Positions 58,924-64,000 of a DNA stretch of 64,000 bases are shown piece after piece. Under the pieces are notes generated by a model. It searched no databases. It was not told where the DNA came from and saw only the letters and a program-made list of their open reading frames with translations. Source of the stretch: Spirochaetia bacterium. GTDB taxonomy: Bacteria > Spirochaetota > Spirochaetia > CADAEX01. The stretch is from positions 96,001 to 160,000 of the forward strand of contig CAXXHA010000013.1 in assembly GCA_963662265.2 (NCBI GenBank), written 5' to 3'. Every line of letters begins with the position of its first letter. Position 1 is the first letter of the stretch. A program made the translations under genes and the position numbers.

Positions 58924-61383
58924 ATGAATGGTGAATATGATGTAGCTTTGCTTCATTCTCTCAGCGGTCCCATGGAAATCAGCGAAAGACCTCTTGTTAA
59001 TTCCTCCCTCCTTGCATTTGAAGAGATAAATTCAAGCGGCGGAGTTCTCGGCAGGAAAATTAATGTCCATGTATATGACGGGGCATCTGATCCTGTTACT
59101 TTTAACAGGGCAACTGAAGATGCTGTCGGGAAATGCGGTTGCGGAACCTTTTTCGGAACCTGGATGTCTTCCAGCAGGAAGTCAGTCATTCCTGTACTTG
59201 ATAAAAACGGGACAATGCTGTGGTATCCAATACAGTATGAAGGTCTTGAAATCTCTGATAATGTAGTTTATACAGGCAGCTGCCTTAACCAGCAGATAGA
59301 ACCGGCTCTTGAATGGTGCAGATCTGAGAAATATACTTCCTATTTTCTTCTGGGCTCAAACTATGTCTATCCCCATACAGCAAACTATCTCATAAGCTCA
59401 AGCCTGGAATGCTCAGGTTTCAGTATATCAGGCGAACTTTATGCAGATCTCGGGGAAGAGGATTTCTCTTTTTATATTTCCAGAATCCTTGATTCCGGAT
59501 GTGATATTGTCCTGAACACTCTGAACGGGAAATCAAATATCTTTTTTCTTGAACAGCTGAAAAAAAATCTGAATGGTAAAAAACTGTCTGTTCTGTCGTT
59601 TTCACTTACTGAAGTTGAATTGTCAGCTTCAGTATTCTATGAAAACCTTTATTCCTGCTGTAGCTATTTCCAGAGTCTGGATAACATCGAAAATAAAAAA
59701 TTCATTGAGAATTATAAAAAATACTGCAGAAGAAACAATCTGTTTCTGACCCCTGCTTCAGATCCTGTTGTCACTGCATACAGCCAGGTTTTCCTGTGGA
59801 AAAAATGTGTGGAGGCTGCCGGAAGTTTTGACATCGAATTGATAAAGAAGGTTCTTTCCGGTACCGGTATACGCTGTCCCCTTGGATGGCTTGAAATATG
59901 TGAGAATCATCATGTTTTAAGAGAAGCCAGGATAGGGATGGCAAACAGAAAAGGTTTATTTGATATTATTCATTGCAATGGGAATATGATAGGGCCTCTT
60001 CCCTGGCTGGGGATAGAGAAATTCAGTTTTCCGACAAAGAAACTTATAACAGATACAATTGCAAAAATACCTGGTGAAATCAATTATAAAATTGAACTTA
60101 AGAGGAAATCTGTTGCTCTTGAATATGAGAAACAGAAATATCAGCACCTGGTTGATAACATGTCAAACGGAGTTGCTGTCTACATGGCAGTGGACAACGG
60201 CAATGACTTTATCTTTGTGGATTACAACAGGGCAGGTGCAAGAATGGATGGTGTGGAGAGGGGAAAAGTAATTGGTAAAAGACTTCTTGAAATATTTCCT
60301 GCGGTAAAGGAATTCGGCCTCTTTGATGTTATCAGAGAGGTGTGGGAAACCGGGAAAGCTGTGAACCATCCTGTTTCGCTGTACAGCGACAATAAGCTCC
60401 AGGCATGGAGGGAAAACTATGTGTACCGGCTTCCCACGGGGGAGGTTGTCGCAGTATATAACGATGTAACTGAAAAGATGAAAATCCAGGATGATCTTGA
60501 GCATCTTAACAGGAGATACAGCCTTGCTGCTGAATCTGCCCGTCTAGGAGTTTGGGAACTTGATCTTGTGAATGATAAGCTTGTCTGGGATGAGTGGATG
60601 TTCAGGCTTTATCATGTATTGCCTGATGATTTCAGTTCAGATTATGAAGCCTGGAAATCCAGTGTACATCCTGATGATCTTAAAAAAACAGAGAGTAAAA
60701 TTCAGGATACAATTGCAGGTAAGGGGGTCCTTGATACAAGTTTCAGGATTATTATTCCGGGAAACAATATCCGCCATATTCAGGCATATGGCCTTCTGAC
60801 TGTAGATGATTATGGGAATCCGCTGAGACTCACAGGGGTAAACTATGATATCACCGAAATAAAAGAAGCTGAAAAAAGGATTACAGAACTGGCTATAAAA
60901 GATCCGCTTACCGGCCTCTTCAACAGACGGTATCTCTATGAACGGCTTGCTGAAAATGTTGAGGAATACAGGAGAACCGGGAAGCCCCTGTCTCTTGCAA
61001 TGATAGATATAGATAATTTCAAGAAGATTAATGACAGTTTCGGCCACAGCTGCGGTGACAGTGTGCTTAAGAGTTTCTCCGATATTCTTGTAGACGAAGT
61101 AAGGCCCTATGATTTTATTAGCAGGTATGGCGGCGAGGAATTTGTAATTGTATTTCACGGTGTTGAAAAGAAAGATGCTGCCGCTGTTGTCAGCCGTATT
61201 CTCGATATTGTGAGAAAGAAAAAGTTGATATACAACAGTAAAAATGTCAGCTTCACATTCAGCGCCGGAATAACAGAAGCTTCGGAAGTTTTATTTGAAA
61301 GGCTGTCTGCTGAAAACCTAATAAATGCGGCTGATGATTTATTATACAGGGCTAAGAGAGCCGGACGGGACAGGATTGTTTAG
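58924..61383 (+). CDS. Diguanylate cyclase: AmiC/UrtA-like ligand-binding domain, two PAS domains, GGDEF
   Basis: LHSLSGPMEISE...EEINSSGGVLGR...WMSSSRKSV...YPIQYEGLE (UrtA/AmiC-like); PAS/PAC motifs; RPYD I-site; GGEEF; start after GAGGAG. Confidence 0.88.
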   Translation: MNGEYDVALLHSLSGPMEISERPLVNSSLLAFEEINSSGGVLGRKINVHVYDGASDPVTFNRATEDAVGKCGCGTFFGTWMSSSRKSVIPVLDKNGTMLWYPIQYEGLEISDNVVYTGSCLNQQIEPALEWCRSEKYTSYFLLGSNYVYPHTANYLISSSLECSGFSISGELYADLGEEDFSFYISRILDSGCDIVLNTLNGKSNIFFLEQLKKNLNGKKLSVLSFSLTEVELSASVFYENLYSCCSYFQSLDNIENKKFIENYKKYCRRNNLFLTPASDPVVTAYSQVFLWKKCVEAAGSFDIELIKKVLSGTGIRCPLGWLEICENHHVLREARIGMANRKGLFDIIHCNGNMIGPLPWLGIEKFSFPTKKLITDTIAKIPGEINYKIELKRKSVALEYEKQKYQHLVDNMSNGVAVYMAVDNGNDFIFVDYNRAGARMDGVERGKVIGKRLLEIFPAVKEFGLFDVIREVWETGKAVNHPVSLYSDNKLQAWRENYVYRLPTGEVVAVYNDVTEKMKIQDDLEHLNRRYSLAAESARLGVWELDLVNDKLVWDEWMFRLYHVLPDDFSSDYEAWKSSVHPDDLKKTESKIQDTIAGKGVLDTSFRIIIPGNNIRHIQAYGLLTVDDYGNPLRLTGVNYDITEIKEAEKRITELAIKDPLTGLFNRRYLYERLAENVEEYRRTGKPLSLAMIDIDNFKKINDSFGHSCGDSVLKSFSDILVDEVRPYDFISRYGGEEFVIVFHGVEKKDAAAVVSRILDIVRKKKLIYNSKNVSFTFSAGITEASEVLFERLSAENLINAADDLLYRAKRAGRDRIV

Positions 61384-61408
61384 GGGTTTTCAATAATACA
61401 GCTGATCT

Positions 61409-62092
61409 CTACTGATAGATGTCTGATGATGCGTTTTTGAAATTAAGAATTTTCCAGTTTTTCTGTTTTGCAAGAAACTTGAGCCTGATATCAGGATTTG
61501 TTGCTACAGGATTTCCCACTACTTCGAGAAGAGGCCTGTCGTGGATACTGTCTGAATAAAATGAGGTTTTTTCAAGATCTATTTTATTATCTTCAGCATA
61601 ATCAAGGAAAAGCTTTCTTTTCTCATTTCTGAAAACCGGTATTCCGTCAAAGCATCCTTTACATATATTGTTTTCAAATGCGAAACGTGTGGCAATTATC
61701 TCTTTAATACCGAGGTAATCTGCAAGAGGTTTCAGTATTATTTCCATTGATGAAGAGGCTATTATTATTCTTTTCCCCTCATCCTTGAGTTTTTTTATGT
61801 AATCAACCGCGCCCGGATAGATTGACGGTTTTATGTATTTGATGAAATTTTCCTGCGCTATGTCATCAAGGAATTCCCTTTTTACGCCGAGGAGCTCAGG
61901 AATTTTCCTGTTGAAATGTTTCTCATGCATTTTCCCGAATTTATAATTCAGGCATACAATCGGAACTGATTTGAGTATTGAGATTGGCAGGTAATTTTTC
62001 TTGATCAGAAGCATCAGGTAGCTGATAGCTGTCGATTTTTTTGTAATCGTATGATCAACATCGAATAATTCGGTTAATGTATTTCTATCCAT
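61409..62092 (-). CDS. HAD-superfamily hydrolase, subfamily IB (SerB-like)
   Basis: FDVDHT, ASSS, FYSDSIHDRPLLEVVGNPVATNPD. Confidence 0.9.
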   Translation of the reverse strand: MDRNTLTELFDVDHTITKKSTAISYLMLLIKKNYLPISILKSVPIVCLNYKFGKMHEKHFNRKIPELLGVKREFLDDIAQENFIKYIKPSIYPGAVDYIKKLKDEGKRIIIASSSMEIILKPLADYLGIKEIIATRFAFENNICKGCFDGIPVFRNEKRKLFLDYAEDNKIDLEKTSFYSDSIHDRPLLEVVGNPVATNPDIRLKFLAKQKNWKILNFKNASSDIYQ

Positions 62093-62233
62093 AACTGAAA
62101 ATACAGCATACTGAAAAATTGGAATTAAGGCAAGAAATTTGATTTAATTTATTGTAAAATGGGCAGAATTCGGGCTTCCTGCATGAATTATTGCTATAAT
62201 TTTGAACAGGATTATTATATCTGTTATATATAG

Positions 62234-63910
62234 TTACCACAGTTCTATATGATACTTGTAACCCTGTTCTGTAAGGAACTTCTGCCTGTTTGCAGAGAAT
62301 TCCTCCTCAACAGTGTAATGGGAAACAATGCTGTAAAAGTAGGCATTTTTCTCCTTGGGCCTGAGTATTCTTCCAAGCCTCTGCGCCTCCTCCTGCCTTG
62401 AACCGAAACTTCCTGAAATCTGTATTGCAACAGAAGCATCGGGAAGGTCTATTGCGAAGTTTGCAACCTTGGATACTATGATTACCCTGTTCTTTCCGTC
62501 CCTGAAAGACTGGAATATTTTCTCCCTCTCCTTGTTGGGGGTCTGCCCTGTAATTATAGGAACATTGAGAAGTTCCTGCATTTTTTTAAGCTGGGATATA
62601 TACTGCCCGATTACAAGAATTGAATCTTCCGGGTGGTTTTCTATCAGTTCCTTTACTATCGCATATTTTGCCGGGTTTTCCGCCGCAAGACGGAATTTAT
62701 CCCTCCTGTCTGCAACAGCGTATGGTATTTCAAGGTTCTCCGGCAGCTCTGCCCGGATTTCGAAGCAGTTTGCCTCTGCGATCCATCCCTTTGCCTGAAG
62801 TTCCTTCCACGGGCAGTCGTAACGCTTCGGTCCCACAAGCGAGAATACATCAGCTTCCCTGCCGTCTTCCCTGATAAGTGTCGCTGTCAAGCCTACACGG
62901 CTTATTGCCTGAATTTCCGCTGTTACCCTGAATACAGGGGCAGGCAGCAGGTGCACCTCATCATATACAATCAGCCCCCAGTTGTTTTTCCTGAATATAT
63001 CAAAATGGGGAAAGTCGGATTTTTTATCCGGCCTCCAAGTGAGTATCTGGTATGTTGCAATTGTGACAGGCTTTATCTCTTTCCTGTCGCCTGAATATTC
63101 TCCAATCTGATCTTCTGTAAGGTTTGTCTTGTCGAGAAGCTCATCCTTCCACTGGTGAACAGCCGCAATATTTGTTGTGATTATCAGTGTGTTTGTCTTG
63201 TAGATATCCATTATTGTCATGCCTACTACTGTTTTTCCCGATCCGCAGGCAAGCACTATTGTTCCGAAGCCGTTTCCCGGTTTTCCCTCTCCGTGGAAAG
63301 TGTCTGCTGCTTCCTGCTGATAATCCCTTACACTGAAATCATAGCCGGAAAGTGTTCTTTCCCTGAGTGTTATGTCGAGGGGGTCTCCCTTTACAAGAGG
63401 CACTTCATCCTTTACAGGATACCCTGAGTTTATAAGCTCCTGCTTTATTGTTCCCCTGTCAACAAGCTTCATAAGGAATGTATTTTTTAAAGCTGTGGGA
63501 AGCAGTATTTTCTGGAGTTTTTTTATTGACTTTATCTCGCTGTAGAGCCTCTCCTCTGATGTTTTCAAGAGCAGTTCATAGGGATCATCGGTGGGAATGA
63601 GCCTTATTTTACCGAAAAGGCCGGCGCTCTCTGTGATCCTGAATTTCACATTCTCAGGTATTTCGAATTTCGACCATTTTTCAAGTTTTTTAATCATCTC
63701 GGAAGGGGTCACCCCGACGGATGCCGCATTCCAGAGCGAGATTGATGAGAGCCTGTATGTATGCATGTGTTCCGGAGATTTTTCAAGCTCGGCAAAGACA
63801 GATATATCGCTCCTTGCATCTTCGAAAGCAGGATTATGAACATCCAGAAGCATTGAGCCGTCACTTTGTACAATGATTGGTCTGAGATCCTGGTTACTTT
63901 TATCTGCCAT
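62234..63910 (-). CDS. Bacterial XPB/Rad25-like SF2 DNA helicase
   Basis: N-terminal ELEKSPEHMHTYRL domain; RDYQ, LACGSGKT, DEVH, GLTATL, QRLGRILR. Confidence 0.93.
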   Translation of the reverse strand: MADKSNQDLRPIIVQSDGSMLLDVHNPAFEDARSDISVFAELEKSPEHMHTYRLSSISLWNAASVGVTPSEMIKKLEKWSKFEIPENVKFRITESAGLFGKIRLIPTDDPYELLLKTSEERLYSEIKSIKKLQKILLPTALKNTFLMKLVDRGTIKQELINSGYPVKDEVPLVKGDPLDITLRERTLSGYDFSVRDYQQEAADTFHGEGKPGNGFGTIVLACGSGKTVVGMTIMDIYKTNTLIITTNIAAVHQWKDELLDKTNLTEDQIGEYSGDRKEIKPVTIATYQILTWRPDKKSDFPHFDIFRKNNWGLIVYDEVHLLPAPVFRVTAEIQAISRVGLTATLIREDGREADVFSLVGPKRYDCPWKELQAKGWIAEANCFEIRAELPENLEIPYAVADRRDKFRLAAENPAKYAIVKELIENHPEDSILVIGQYISQLKKMQELLNVPIITGQTPNKEREKIFQSFRDGKNRVIIVSKVANFAIDLPDASVAIQISGSFGSRQEEAQRLGRILRPKEKNAYFYSIVSHYTVEEEFSANRQKFLTEQGYKYHIELW

Positions 63911-64000
63911 TCTATATCTGTCCTGTTATAATAATGAATTGTTTTGAGCATGAGCTGCTAAATATTCAGCAGTTTTTATACATGCAACAGTCTGATTAAA

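Noticed and set aside
62234-63910. XPB helicase as part of an anti-phage or restriction system
   Set aside because: Its visible neighbour is a housekeeping HAD hydrolase, and no nuclease or methylase partner is seen in the window (the upstream side is cut off).

Overview
Chromosomal segment from an anaerobic bacterium, most likely a free-living spirochaete (Spirochaetota). This is inferred from a fused pyrBI, a DbpA-domain protein, xSC/xGC-type lipoboxes, a giant FlgD-Ig-tailed surface protein and a bacterial XPB. No rRNA, tRNA, CRISPR array or intact transposase was seen. Housekeeping content includes ftsH, pyrBI, fabD-fabG-fabF, an ECF transporter, an OpuC-type osmoprotectant ABC transporter, htpG, galU and a TPP-riboswitch-led thiamine salvage operon (methyltransferase-thiM-thiE-thiL-thiD-tenA). 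The most notable items are: (1) a surface locus with two lipoproteins sharing a duplicated Ig/cadherin-like domain, plus a 3697-aa secreted protein with 19 tandem 73/74-aa repeats and a C-terminus resembling a T9SS sorting domain; (2) a coupled OmpA / RCK-type K+ channel / stand-alone cNMP-fold operon; (3) a cytoplasmic AmiC/UrtA-PAS-PAS-GGDEF protein; (4) a catalytically degenerate DEAD-box-DbpA fusion; (5) a candidate leader-peptide attenuator upstream of pyrBI; (6) a GGA-hairpin (CsrA-site-like) structured element after fabF; (7) an RsbT-like kinase and sensory-type [FeFe]-hydrogenase coupled to an ECF S component; (8) two frameshifted genes. Several ORF-track starts were corrected by hand. 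All family assignments come from recognised motifs, not database searches.
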